DNA of 64,000 nucleotides. Origin: Lytechinus pictus. Taxonomy: Eukaryota. Position numbers and translations under genes: made by a program. The DNA lies in NCBI RefSeq assembly GCF_037042905.1, contig NC_087249.1, positions 7,008,001 through 7,072,000 on the forward strand, read 5' to 3'. The notes beneath the pieces are model-generated. The model saw nothing but the letters and a program-made list of their open reading frames with translations, did not search any database and was not told the origin of the DNA. This document shows positions 26,101-41,100 of the stretch, piece after piece; position 1 is the stretch's first letter; each line of letters opens with the position of its first letter.

Positions 26101-29100
26101 TCCCTATATTTGACCTGATTTCTGCTGAATTTTGTGTACATCCAACATCGTTATCTCCCATTAACTCCAACATGTACGTCTCTCTCCGCACACTCGATTT
26201 TGATCGTGAGGTACTGAACTGAAGTTATTGGTCACAAACACACGAACTTCTAAGGTCTAAGGTATCATTAAAACGATTCTTGTCTAAGTCGGGTTTACTT
26301 TTTGCCGCGCTTTTTACATTACATGTATACATTTCGTTGTAAATATACGTCGTACATGATTCCTTTTTAAATTTTGTTTCGTCTTTCTATCGTTTCTTTT
26401 CTCTCGATTTAGCCTCTTGACACCTAACTTGAATTTCACCGAAATTCTTATGTCTTTTATTGTTGCCTATTATGGTCGGTGAAAATCATCACATGAGCGC
26501 GCCAGCGAGAGCTTCAATGACATAGCAAATATTCATGAGGCCGAAGATTATAATACTGTTGCTGTAACACAAAAAAGTATGGATGCATTATTAGGTGAAA
26601 TGATTCCTACACGTAAATTAGGCTATTTCACGCCAAAATAAATCTTTGAGCAAAATGTTGTAGTTAACAGCATTAAAGGAATTTCTTTCAACTCATCGAA
26701 TATTTGACCAGGCCAAGACAGAAAAGCGTAGCGCGCAATTTCACTGGCTGATTCAAACAGAGATCCTAAGGTTAAGTTTTTGAAATGTCATCATAACTTG
26801 GATAATATATGGACCTAGTTTATGAGACTTAGACATAAGGTTAATCAAGTATTACTAAACATCCTGCCTGAGTTTCACGTCACATGATCAAGGTCAAAGG
26901 TCATTTAGGGTCAATGAACTTTGGCCAAATTGGGGGTATCTGTTGAATTACCATCATAACTTTGAAAGTTTATGGATCTGATTCATGAAACTTGGACATA
27001 ATAGTAATCAAGTATCATTGAACATCCTGTGCGGGTTTCAGGTCACATGATTAAGGTCAAAGGTCACTTAGGGTCAATGAACTTTGGCCAAATTGGGGGT
27101 ATTTGTTCAATTACCATCATAACTTTGAAAGTTTATTGGTCTAGTTCATTAAACTTGGACATAAGAGTAATCAAGTATCACTGAACATCCTTTGCGAATT
27201 TCAGGTCACAGGAACAGCGTTAAAGGTCAATGAACTTTGGCCATTATGGGGTATCTGTTGAATTACCATCATAACTTTGAATGTTTATAGATCTGATTCA
27301 TGAAACTTGCCATAAGAGTAATTAAGTATCTTGGAACATCCCGTCCGAGTTTCAGGTCACATGACCAAGGTCAAAGGTCATATAAGGTCAATGAACTTTG
27401 GCCATGTTGGGGGTATTTGTTGAATTACCATCATAACTTTGAAATTTTATTGGTCTAGTTCATTAAACTTGGACATAAGAGTAATCAAGTATCACTGAAC
27501 ATCCTTTGCGAATTTCAGGTCACAGGAACAGCGTTAAAGGTCAATGAACTTTGGCCATTATGGGGTATCTGTTGAATTACCATCATAACTTTGAATGTTT
27601 ATAGATCTGATTCATGAAACTTGCCATAAGAGTAATTAAGTATCTTGGAACATCCCGTCCGAGTTTCAGGTCACATGACCAAGGTCAAAGGTCATATAAG
27701 GTCAATGAACTTTGGCCATGTTGGGGGTATTTGTTGAATTACCATCATAACTTTGAAATTTTATTGGTCTAGTTCATTAAACTTGGACATAAGAGTAATC
27801 AAGTATCACTGAACATCCTTTGCGAATTTCAGGTCACAGGAACAGCGTTAAAGGTCAATGAACTTTGGCCATTATGGGGTATCTGTTGAATTACCATCAT
27901 AACTTTGAATGTTTATAGATCTGATTCATGAAACTTGACCATAAGAGTGATTAAGTATCTTGGAACATCCCGTCCGAGTTTCAGGTCACATGACCAAGGT
28001 CAAAGGTCATATAAGGTCAATGAACTTTGGCCATGTTGTGGGTATTTGTTGAATTACCATCATATCTCTGTAAGTGTATTGGTCTAGTTCATAAAACGTG
28101 GACATAAGAGTAACCAAGTATCACTGAACATCTTGTGCGAGTTTCAGGTCACATGACCAAGGTCAAAGGTCAATGGACTTTGGCCATGTTGTGGGTATTT
28201 GTTGAATTACCATCATAACTCTGTAAGTATATTGGTCTAGTTCATAAAACTTGGACATAAGAGTTATCAAGTATCACTGAATATCTCATGCGAGTTTCAG
28301 GTCACATGACCAATGTCAAAGGTCATTGAACTTTGGTCATTTTAGAGGTAATTATTAGATTGATGTCATAACTTTCAAAGCTTATAGAAATAGTGTATAA
28401 ATTGAGGATATAGGGGTAATCAAGTATCACTGACAAGTTTTAGGTCACATGATCAAGGTCAAATGTCAATAAATGTAGTATTGTATCATCATAATTATGA
28501 ATGGTGTTTTTTGTGAATAATTATTTTAGAGTAGTTTACAAAGTCAGCACTGCTGCTATATTGAATCGCGTGATGCAGGTGAGAAAGCCAGAGGCATTCC
28601 ACTTGTTTATGTCTAGTAGCCCCCATCCCTCTCTAAACTTAAAACTCCATCAGAGAGATAACTATGAATACAGATCGATCGACACCAATGATTCTTACGT
28701 TCGTCACAGTGTTTTCCTTGGAATTCATCTGGGCAGTGACATTCATAGCCTTCCATAGTCTCCTCACACCAGCCGTTCTGACAAGGATTGCTCCCACAGT
28801 CTATGGATTTCAAAAGAAATAATTTGAACGTGAATATTATTGAAATATTTTCAACTCCCTCCCCCCAAAAAAATCATTTCATCCGCTATTCTTTAACCGG
28901 GTCTAGATTTTGAAGATTGGTCTTACCTTTATTTATTTATTTTTATTTTTTTAAATGACAGGGTTTAGAGGAAAGACTAACCTTAATAATCACGTTATTC
29001 CACAGGAATAAGAATGTGATAGGATCTTAGGTTTCGAAGATTTTTTTCGAATGTCTTGTTCTGGAACTGGAATAAAGACAACGCTCTAAACATGTACTTC

Positions 29101-32100
29101 ACAACATGGTCTTAGTTTGCAGGATTGCTGGGTTTTAGATTAGATATCTTTTAGGGGGAGATTTTCTTTTAATAACCGGGTCTGGAGCAGTGGCGTAGCT
29201 ACGGGGGGGGGGCATGGGGGGGCACGTGCCCCCCCCCCCTGAGATTTGGTGTGCCCCCAAGTGCCCCCCTGAAAAAAATTGGCAGAGCAAAAAAAAAGGG
29301 AGAAAGAAGAAAAGAAAAAAAGAAGAAAGACTGAAGAAAAAAGAAGAAGAGGAAAATAAGAGGAGGAAGACGAGTGAATGATATAATGTGAGGGGAAGAC
29401 TTGCAAAAAAAAAAATCTTTCATGTTACCATATAAAATTTTTGCTTGCGCTTCGCGCCAGAATTGCCTGTTCGATGAGATTCATATCTTGCTCAATAGGC
29501 TGATATGGAGCAAGTTTTGAAGTCTATATACAAAACATATTTTAGCTCGGACATCGAGCTTTCATTATTTTTTTTTCATTTACAAATTTAAGTGCTCTGT
29601 AAAATGTTTGTTTTTATGGTCTACATATCAGCATTTTAAGCTCACGCTGCGTGGTCAATTTGTTTGATTTGCCAATTTTATATTGTCTAGGTGTATTCCA
29701 TAATGTTCCATTAAACAAATGTATTCAGAATGCCCAGATTCTAGGTCTAAATCTAAAACATGCGCGATAGCCTGCATGTTCTTTATTTAAAATGTACTTA
29801 AATTATCCAGTTTCACATCAGAATATCAATAATTGTCTGCTCACGCTTCATGATCGCATTATTAATGATACCCAATTAACTATATCCTATTTATGATTTA
29901 CAAAATATGAATAGAATGTCCCGCTTTTAGGTCTGAAATCTCAATTTTCTACCTCTCGCGCTTCGCGCTCGCATCAATTGATTGTTACATACCTATCCCA
30001 TTTATTAATACAAAAACTGCTTAGAATGACCATTTTTAAGTCGGAATGTCAAAAAAAAACAGGTCCCTTTTCGATAATGCTAGAACAGATAATAAAAAAT
30101 TATGCTCGCGCTTGGCGTTCGCAGTAACCATCTAGTTACATACGAATCTTGTTCAGGATCATACATAACATTGCCCAGAATATTAAATTTTCAGGACAAA
30201 ATACATGAAAGTAAAAAAAAAAATCGCTCGCGATTCGCGCTCGCACTTTTTATAAGGCTTATGAGATTATTTCATGTTAATGTTGTTTTATAAGAATAAA
30301 ACTAAGAAGTAACTGATCGGGGAAAATATAGGTGAAGATAATTTCGGGCACCGTCCCCTATTGGCGAAAGTCGGATCCGCCCTTGTGACACATACACACA
30401 CACCGAAAAAATGGTGCCCCCCCCTGAAAAAGCAAGGACCCCCCAGTGCCCCCCCCCCCAGGAAAAAAATCCTAGCTACGCCACTGGTCTGGAGGAGAGA
30501 CTGCGTGCTTTACCCTTGCCTTATTACAAGGTCTTAGTTTAGAACAAATTGGCAAAATATCCCTTCAAGTTTATTACATTTATGGGTAAAGTCATATTGT
30601 GGGTAAAGTGCGTTATTACATTTGAGGGTAAAGTGTTATTAAATTTGTGGGTGTAACAGGCCTTCGTAATACCGTATGATAGCTAGGGAAACTATCGACA
30701 AATCGCAGTTTTGTTTTGTATTTTTTCTGGAGCACATTGTGAAAAAATCAAATTATGATTGGTCAAACATAACATTAACTTCGATATCAGTTGTGTGGAC
30801 GCTGTATACGACTGCGTTTCTTCTTCTTCTTCTAAAAGCGTTATTGGGGGCTTTAGTCTACACCTCTCACTTCCCCCTCCCCCCTCTCCCCCCCCCCCTT
30901 TCTATACATCCCTTTCACTCACTTTCGCTCTAATCCCCACTCTCTAAACGTGTAGGATGTGCAGCCGTCAAACGCCTGTCAATCTGTCATGCTTGGTTGG
31001 TAAATTGAAGAAATACTTTCTCACTTGTCATGGAAATTCAGTAAATATCAACATACATGTACAAGGACACAGTCCTGCTTGATAATGACAATTAAATGTC
31101 GTTTTGTCCTGTTATTAGCTGCTGTACCGACGATTAGTCTTTCAGAATATCAAATTTCACCCATCAATAAAACGAGTTCTGTGCATAATACATGCTTTCG
31201 GATCCCATTAAAAATTCATTTCCGATCCTAAAATGATTAGATGAGATGAATTGTCAGAGATAACTGTATTTCATTTTCCAAAATTGTCGTCTATGGTATT
31301 TAGCTCGGTGTTTTATTAGTTGTTTTTTGTTTAATAAATAGGTGAAAGTGAAACGAAGAGTCTCTAATTTTTTTTCTATATCAATATACGGAAAAAAGAA
31401 AAATATCGAGATGTTCACGGAATTTCAAAGAAAACACAAAATTGTCCTGGTTCAAAAAGCAAATAAATTTGAATCACGAAAACTATAGTGAAAATTATGG
31501 AAATCGTGAAAATCAGAGCGAAGAAGAATTCAATTAAAATGAGAAAAAAACCGAAGTTTCAAGCATGTGTTGGTTAAGCTTTTTTTTTATTTACAGTTGT
31601 TTATTCATTATTTTATTTGTTATATTTCACAGAACATGGGATGTAGTGTTTAAATCATCTTAGAACACGGAGTTTACATTTCAAGAAAGAAAAAAGGAGG
31701 GTCTCCGGTGTCTCCTTTTAAGTATAGTGAGTACTCTTTTTACAATATTTAAAACTACATATTATTCTTATTAATTGTCTTTCGATTTTTTTTTCATACT
31801 TTTACCTGTTTAGTTATCTGCTTTTTCTGCATTTTCCTTTTTTTAAATAAGAAAACAGCTCTCTACTTGGTTTACATTGGCATGTTTTATTAAGAGATTA
31901 TATCCTTTACTCATTGATCCTAGCACCTTGGTGAAAGATCGAGATGATGAGGGTTATGCTTCAAGAAACAGATCATTGATTTACTGAAATCATTTTTATT
32001 CTTAAAATACTTCGGATATAAATATATCCAATATTTTCCCGATTTGTCATTCAACTTTAGCCCATATAAATGTTACACTTGGAATTAAGTCCCCCCAAAT

Positions 32101-35100
32101 ATCATAAAAATAGAGGAATACATCACGATTATAGTAAAAGACCCCAGCCCGCAGGAAATTTGTAGGAAAATGAGTTTGATAATTACCAGGAAATCGGCAG
32201 ATTCTATGTCCAACTATGATGCCCCGTCTGTCCTTTCGTCTTTGAAATTCAGGCCATGATGGTAGACGGAACAGCTTTGGAATGGTCTGGACCATAGTGC
32301 CATTAGGATGTAGTTTCTCCTCACACCCAGGTAAAATTGGTAATGTACAGTGTAATCCAAGCCCATCTGAACAAGTCGTAACCTCAGTGCTTACCACCGA
32401 AGATGTAAGTACTACCATAAAAATGGAAACCAAAGAAAATTTTACTGAAATGATATAGGTGATGTACCATCATGAAAATGATTGGTTTTCTGGATGTATT
32501 GAAGAGATTAAATATTCATTTATTTAGTCATAATCATGAATACAGACTACAAAAATATATATAATATAATTTATACAAAAATAAAATCATTAGATGAAGT
32601 ATGGTACGCAATGGCGAAAAATCCGGTCCGAGCAGTGAGGGGGAGGGGTGATAGTAATATAGTGACCTGAAAATTAAAAAAATTGTGGGACACGTACCCC
32701 CACACGGAATACATAACCGTGTACATAATACTACCATCTTTCAGATGGTGTTTAACGATTTTTTGTTGGTGATATCAAGTAATGAATTACAGCTAATATC
32801 AATATGCGAGAGTTTGAAGCGAGCGAGCAAATTTTCAGTAGTTATACGACAGAATGGTATCCAAAATCCTCTTTCAGGTTGTGTGTAATTATTACATTAC
32901 GGGTAATGTATACGTAGGTATCTGTATCTGTGATCAGTAACTCGTTGTACATGCAGTGTAGGTAAATGTGCTTATATTTTTCTGTACAATTACCCCCCCC
33001 CCCCTCATTCACGCTAGTGAGTTCAACGGATGTTTTGATTGGTTTATGATCAAAGTAATTACCATACGTCATATTCTTTAAAAAAAATTATTGAGCGCGG
33101 GAGAGCATGCACGCAGCCGCTCACATCCGTGCGAGTGACGTGCGTTGACGTACTCCCTCCCTACTCTTCCCACTCTCTCTTCACTTTTTTTTTCGAAAAA
33201 CGTGGCAGCCGTAGCCAATGGCGGCGGAAGCCCAAAAAATTAGGGGGACCAGCAAAAAAATTTGACAAGCAAAAAAAAAAAAAAAAAGTTATCAACTAAA
33301 ATTTTAGGGGGGATCGTCCCCCCACCTCAAATTTAGGGGGGACATGTCCCCCGCCCCCCGCCCCGCTTCCGCCGCCTATGGCCGTTGCCCCCCACCCCCC
33401 CCCCCCCCCCCGAAAAAAAGGAAGGACTAAAACACACACGGAGGGTTGTGACAAAGGCTAAAAATGTATGATAACTGAATTACGAGAAGTCTTTAAGTTG
33501 ATCGTAACCATGTTCCAAAATGCAGATGATTCAAATGTACTCTACTCTCATCCTAACCCCGATATTTTAATTGATGTACTGAACACTGAACTGGATAAAT
33601 TGGTACAATGGATTAGGGCTAACAAATTGTCAATTAATGTACAAAAAACGAAATGCATGCTTTTTAGCAATTCTTTAGAACAATTGCCATTTAATATTAA
33701 ATTGGACAATAAAGACATTGAAGTTGTTACTACAACAACATTTTTAGGTCTCATAATAGACAACAAATTATCTTGGAAAACACACATTGACTTTATATGT
33801 CGTACAATTTCACGCAATATTGGTGTTATCAACAAAGTTAAGTTTTTTCTTCCAACTTCCTCCCTAAAAATGCTTTATTCAACATTAATTTTACCATATT
33901 TGAATTATGGAGCAATTGTTTGGGGAAATACACACTCAACCTACCTTGATAGAATATTGCTTTTACAAAAGAAGGCATTGCGTGTTATTTTCAACTTGTC
34001 CTGGAGATCTCACACAGATGAGTTGTTTTTTAACAATAACATTCTAATAATAAAAACACTGTGCCAATATAACTTAGGTCAATTCATGTATCAGTTAAAC
34101 AATAATATGTTACCACTCATATTTAATTCTTCATTTAACAAAAACAAAACTCTTCAAAAATACCCCACACGTCAATCAGATGAATTCCATTTACCACTAC
34201 CCCGGACTAGTCTGCTGGGCAAACCCTTCGCTCGAGTTAAGGGTCTGAATGTGCAGCCTACTCATGCCTTGTGTACTGAAGGCTCTCTCGCTCAGGGTCT
34301 GCTTCATCTTTGGAAGTTGGGCACAAATTTTGCTATGTCAATCATTGTGAGTTTGTTACCATGACATTCCCTCTCTGAACTCTCCTCCCACTAGCTGGTC
34401 ATTTGGGCCAGTCACCTGCTGGGCAGGAGATCAACTGGTGTTTGTTTAAACGCTGCATCGCACTTATACTCCTGATTGAAACTCCAGTCTAGCATTATGC
34501 AATAGCATAGTGGCATACATATATGGCAAATGTCTTGCCATGGTCCCTGACTCCCTGATAAATAAATGTTGCTTTCTCTCTTTTTGAATCTTGATAGTTT
34601 TTTTAATCGTGCATGTTGGTATGTCTATTCTTTTGGATCACACAGTGTTTTTTTTAAACAAAGCCCTTTTCGTTGCTTATAATTAACACTGTACAGCAAA
34701 GTTTTATCAAACAAAAATAATCTTTGACAGCGCAGGCATAACATTTTATCCTACATGTATAGGCATTAGAAGGCAAAGAAAGTTCGGGAAATATTCTCCA
34801 AAACTGCAACATCAATATCAATTTTGTTGATATTATCTTAATTATCAAGTTTTAGTTTGTAGGCTTATATGGGTTTGTTTTCCCCTATAATTATTGGAAA
34901 ACAGCAAAGCATTTATCAATTTACACTCACTAAATTTGATATCAAAGATACTCTCGCATAATTCATATTCATCTACAATATGCCTTTTGTGGTTCCACAT
35001 GTACAAATTTGCTCAATCATATTAATAATTTTTCATAATATATGATTACAAACAGAAGGAATTGAAATATTTCACATCATAAGATAATGCAAATGAAAAT

Positions 35101-38100
35101 GGTGTGTGACATGGGTAATTCTCTCATTTGCATGATGATCAGGAGGTAGGCCTTCATGTACAAATGCATAAACATTAAACTCAATGTCTTGTGAAAAATT
35201 AATGTCATCACATTCTTACCTTAAACACCAACTCAATTACTTAAAATGGTAAAAGAAAGAAATAACATTTTATAGAAATTACACTAAAAATGAGACAGCA
35301 AAAAGCCGAACAAACCCTGCAAAATACAAAACTACTAAAACCTATATATCAATTGAAATACTGATCAAAAGAAAAAAAAATGAAAACATTAAAGGTCAAG
35401 TCCACCCCAGAACATTGTTGATTTGAATCAATAGAGAAAAATCAAACAAACATGACGCTGCAAATTTCATCGAAATTGAATGTAAAATAAGAAAGTTATG
35501 AAATTGTTAAGTATCACTTATTTCACAAAATAGTCAAATGCACAATTCAGCGATTTGCAAATGAGAGTCTGTGATGTCCATCACTCATTATTTCTTTTGT
35601 TTTTTATTGTTTGAATAATACAATATTTCAATTTTTACAGATTTGACAATACGGACCAACTTAACTTAACCATAAACTGTTAAAATAATGGTAATTCCAC
35701 GTGTTCAGGGAGAAATAAAACTTTGTTTCACTTGACAAGGAGGAGAAAATTAGAATATTTCATATTTCATATAATAAAATACAAAAGAAATAGTGAGTGG
35801 GTGACGTCATCAGTCTGCCAATTTGCATACCGACCAGGATGTGCATATAACTGTTTGGTGAAATTAAGCGAAACTTTAAAATGTCATAACTTTCTTAATT
35901 TACATCCGATTTTGATGAAATTTTCAGTGTTTTGCTTGTTGGATGTTTCTCCTGTTTTGAAATCAACTATTTGTTGGGGTAGACTTGTCCTTTAAGTGAT
36001 TTGCTTTTACGAATTTCAGTTGGAATTGAATTCCAAATGGCAGGGCCTTGATAAAATACTGCATTGTGAATAATACAAAAAGATGACAAGTGAAAGTTTG
36101 TTGCATTCGTTATCATATATATATGTATTGAACTATTAACACACAAATATTGCAAAAATGTCCTTGGTAAAACATTATTGTGGCAAGAATACATGAAAAT
36201 TGCCATGTTAAAATTATAATTATAGCTTCGACTTTTAGTACTATAATATTTGAAAATGTTGGTTCAGTATGAGCAAGGAATGGGGCGTGATTTATTATTC
36301 TTCCTGCTATTTTTGTGTGTGAAAGGGGTAATCTGTTGATATGAAATTTACAAAAATTTCCCCAGACTTGGTATAAAATTAAAATTCCTCTATGAAAGCT
36401 GCATGCCTAGTAAAGCTATTGTATACACCAACATTTTTTTGCAATCTTATTACAGATGACACCATCATGTTCACCCCAAATAAGCTTCTTATCAACAGTT
36501 CACCTAAAAATGTTAATGAAGACACCTCTTGAATTGTTTATGTCAATATTATATCTTTCTTATTTTAAAAACAAAAACATACATTACGTATATGTGTTCT
36601 TGAAGTATTTAATGTTAATTAATCATTGATATTATGTTTATTTGAATATTGTGTTCCAATAAATAAAAGTAAGATCATCAACTCATTTAATGCATCATTA
36701 TTTCTTAGCGTGTACAGCAAGTTAACTTATCATAAGGGAGGCATATCAAACGTATGAAAATGAAAATTTTGGAATAATCATGATTTCTACATGACATAAG
36801 AAGAACTAAAGCGGGGATGTGACATCATCAGCCCATATAATGAATATTCCTGACAATTAACATGCATTATTTCACAAAATATTGCTTACCTTTAAAATTC
36901 AATAACTTTGCTATTTTTTAAATCATACCGTGATTATACTTCAAGCATTGTGTTCAGTGAATTTGATTCTTATTTATTTATTTAGATAATAATTTTTGCC
37001 CGAAGTACCCCATTGAGGATGTATTGCAGTGACTTCCGAATTATCTCACCAATTATCTCACCAATCAAAATTATCACCAATCACCAATCAAAATTATCTC
37101 ACCAATCAAAATGAGAGCGTGAAGCGGGAGCTGCAATTTTTATATATATAAAACTTAAAAAAATGAACATTCGAAGGAATAAGCACCTTTTGGAATCATG
37201 AACAGGATAGGTATCTAGATCAACAATAATTGATGCGAGCGTGAAGTGCGAGCTGAAAGGTTTTGGTATTTCAAACACCGGATATTTTAAAGAGAAGTAT
37301 ACGAAAGCGATAGAGCGAACTGGAAACTTCATATTGAACACTTTTTGTAATCATGAACAGGACGATGTATCTCTCATATAACAATAATGAAAACTCGAAT
37401 CACTTGTGCATATTGACTTAAAACAGAATCATGAGAATATAATGTTCCATGTTATCTTCCGTGCTATCTCGTTCAATAGGCAAATCCAGCATAATTTTAG
37501 GTCAAGTCCACCTCAGAAAAATGTTGATTTGAATCAATAGAGAAAAATCAAACAAGCACAATGCTGAAAATTTCATCAAAATCGGATGTAAAATAAGAAA
37601 GTTATGACATTTTAAAGTTTCGCTATTTTTCCACAAAATAGTTATATGAACGAGTCAGTTACATCCAAATTAGAGAGTCGATGATGTCACTTACTCACTA
37701 TTTCTTTTGTTTTTTATTGTTTGAATCATACAATATTTCAATTTTTACAAATTTGACAATTAGGACCTCCTTGCCTTAACCACAAAATGTTCAAATAATG
37801 GAATTCCACATGTTCAGGGAGGAATGAAACTTCGTTTCACATGACAATGAAGAGAAAATCAAAATATTTCATATTTCATATTTATAATAAAATACAAAAG
37901 AAATAGTGAGTGAGTGATGTCATCAGTTCCCTCATTTGTATGCCAACCGAGATGTGCATATAACTGTTTTGTTAAATGAAGTGAAATTGTGAAATTAAGC
38001 AATTGTTTAGTGAGACATTGTTTAGTGAGACAGGTACGTATAATGATTACAAAAATTTGAGTCCCTTTTTAGGTCTGAATATCCAACATTTTCAGCTCGC

Positions 38101-41100
38101 GCTTCGCGCTCGCATTATTTGATCAGTTAGATACATACGAAGCGCGCTCACTAAGTGGCTCAGAATTTTTGCTGGTGCCCCCCCCCCCCCCCAATGCCGA
38201 CGGTGACCCACAGTACGCCACTGCTGGTCGGTATGCAAATGAGGGGACTGACGACATCACTCACTATTTTTTTGGTATTTTAATATATTGAATATTGATG
38301 TTTCAAATTTCTCCTCATCGTCACGTGAAGCAAAATTTTCTCTTCTAAACATGTGGCATTGCCATGGTACTAACATTTAATATGTTCAGTCAAGTTGGTC
38401 TTTTATGTCAAATCTGTAAACATTGAAATATCGTTAAAACTATTTTTTAATGAAAGAAGAAGAAAAAAAAAGTATAAAATGAGGGACATCATATTGTCTT
38501 TCTCATTTTACATGCCATTTTAAGTTGTGAATATAAAGTCTTCACTGTTTTTTTTTAAGTATTTGAATTTAATTTTACTATTTATAACCTGCACACAGTT
38601 TTCTGTTGCCAACAGCCCTGGCTGTAATGACAGATTGGAATTAAAGATGTAATAATATTTAACTAGAAAAAAGACAAGTGATTAAGGAGTAATGAGATAA
38701 AATCAAATAAATGTGGAGAATAGGGAAGAAAAATGAGAGCCAAAGAGAAATGGACTTCGTGCAAATTATATGAAATCTTAAAGGTCAAGTCCACCCTATA
38801 ATTTTTTTATTTGAATAAATAGAGGAAAATCAAACTAGCTAGGCTGAAAATTTCATCAAAATCGGACGTAGAATAAGAAATGTATGATATTTTAAAGTTT
38901 CGCTTATTTTTCACAAAACAGTGATGTGACATGCACACCTGGGATGCAAACGAGACAGTTTATAACCCTAACTCACTATTTCATTTGTTTGTTATTGTTT
39001 AAATTGTGCAATAAGGACCAAGTTAACTGAACCATAGTAATAAGAAAGCTGATTCAACATGTTCAGGGAGGAATTGGTCGTTGTTTCATTTGACATGAGG
39101 AGAAAATTAGAATATTTCACATAATCAAATGCAAAAAGTGGATAGTCTCCTCATTTGCAAATCGGACCAGGATGTGGAAAACTGTGTGTGAAATTAACCG
39201 AAACTTTAAAATGTGATTAAACTTTCTTATTTAACATTCGATTTTGAGGACATAGCTCAGTCGGTAGAGCGGGGGACTCGTATTCCGGTGACCCAGGTTC
39301 GATTCCCACTTGGTGCGCTAGTGTCCTTTGGTAAGGCATTAATCCTCAGTACCAGGTCCTTCGGAGGGGACCTTAAGCCGTCGCACAGTGGGCCGGGGCG
39401 AAACAAAAGTGCGCCAAAAGTCATTTTGGGCAATTTCAGATTTTTAATTTTTGTCATGCCCAACTGAAAGACAACACTTTGGAGAATACTTCAGCAAAAT
39501 ATTTCATTCCGGAATTTGCATAAAGGTTGTTAATTTTCTACCTCAAATCGTAAAATGTGACATTTTGCGAAATGTCGCGTATATGACAACCTAGTTGAAA
39601 AACAGGCCATTTCACAGGAAGTTTTTCATGTAGGAATCTGAAATGGCTCCCACATAATCCTGATGTATTCTTTTTTCGTAAGAAAAGGTTCAAATTGGAT
39701 AAAAGACAACTTTCAGGAGGTTTATAGGATGATTATTCCTCGAAATAGGCTGAAAATCCATGTTTTTTGCATTTACATTATAAATATTTGGATTTCCGTG
39801 GATTTCCATCTAAATTCTATAAGCATCATTTTTCCCGATGTCTAAGCTTTAAGTCGATACCAAATTTAGCTGCCCGTTTTTGCCCGTTTTCATGTTAGAG
39901 CCGATTTTACTTGACACAACACCCCAAAAACCTGTCCAAAAACGGTCATTTTTATACCGCGCAGTCGTCGTAGCGCACCGTATGGGTGTACATTGCCGTT
40001 CGCTTTTGCACGGCGAGGACGATTCCCCTCCCATTCCATGAAAATGACATGAATTCCGGGCATAATGTAAACAAAATAAAGGTTGCTAACGCAAATAAGG
40101 GCTATACCACAACTCTTCCAGAGATAAAACTTACCTGTATAATAATTTCAGCAAAAACCCTCCTCATAATAATACATTCGTGGTGTTATATACTCTGCGT
40201 TTTACACAAGTCAACACAGCTTGATAAAGCACGGTTAATATTTTTTCAGATTTAAAGGTTTTTTTAAATAAATCTAATTAATGATAATTTTGATGCCATA
40301 AAATAATTTTCGGCATCTCATACACACTTTTTAGGCATGTGAGAAGCATAAACCACCATTCACTTTGATCAACCTGAAAGTAGCACATAACACCAAGTTT
40401 ATACACTACACATGGTTTAGCGTAATTTGTCTTTTCACAGATAGGTTTTAAGTAGCCAATCAAAATTTGGTATCAAGGTTACGTCACATCGGCTTTAAAT
40501 TATGTTCAGTCGATTCTACGCCCAAAATTACCCTTAATCAACATGTTAAAGTAGAAAATATAACTCGTAATATACTTTTGGCGCACTTTCAACCCATTCT
40601 GGCCCACTGTGCGTCGGTCCTCTGGTTGCTTGCTTACAAGCATTCATGCTTTCTTAGCAATCAGGTAAAAAAAATCACCACCACCACCATAAAATGTTGG
40701 ATTTTCCTTTTTTTATTCAAATCAACTTCTTTGTTGGGTGAACTTGTCCTTGATCCTTAGTTATATTCATAATCTATTATAGGGCTAATAAAATACATGA
40801 AGGAAGTTCCAACCTATATAAAGTGAAAAAATGACCCAACAGAAAGATATAAAGAAACTGTTGGAACAAACTATAATGGGCCAATACAAGAAATACTAGT
40901 ATACATTTCTATAGCTTACGTGTACTTCCCTGCTTAGGACTGGAAGATTTGTTCTAGCAGGGATATGTGACTATTTCCTATGGTATTATGAAGCTATTAA
41001 TAGCTTCATGGTATTATACAGTAGGCCCTGTAATGACCATTTCATTTTTGCATTTGGATGTAGACCACAAGATCCCTGTAGGGTTTCTGGGCATGGGACA

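Larger units (their letters stand above)
38782..40750. mobile_element. Kolobok-like MITE interrupted by a SINE and a Transib element
   Basis: Same ends and body as 35393-35991; split at about 39246-40690. Confidence 0.75.

Noticed and set aside
33468..34364. 298-aa ORF as a host gene
   Set aside because: It is a CR1 ORF2 remnant reading into an inserted element
39849..40463. Short ORFs inside the Transib element as RAG or transposase remnants
   Set aside because: All are under 100 aa and I see no recognisable RAG1/Transib motifs
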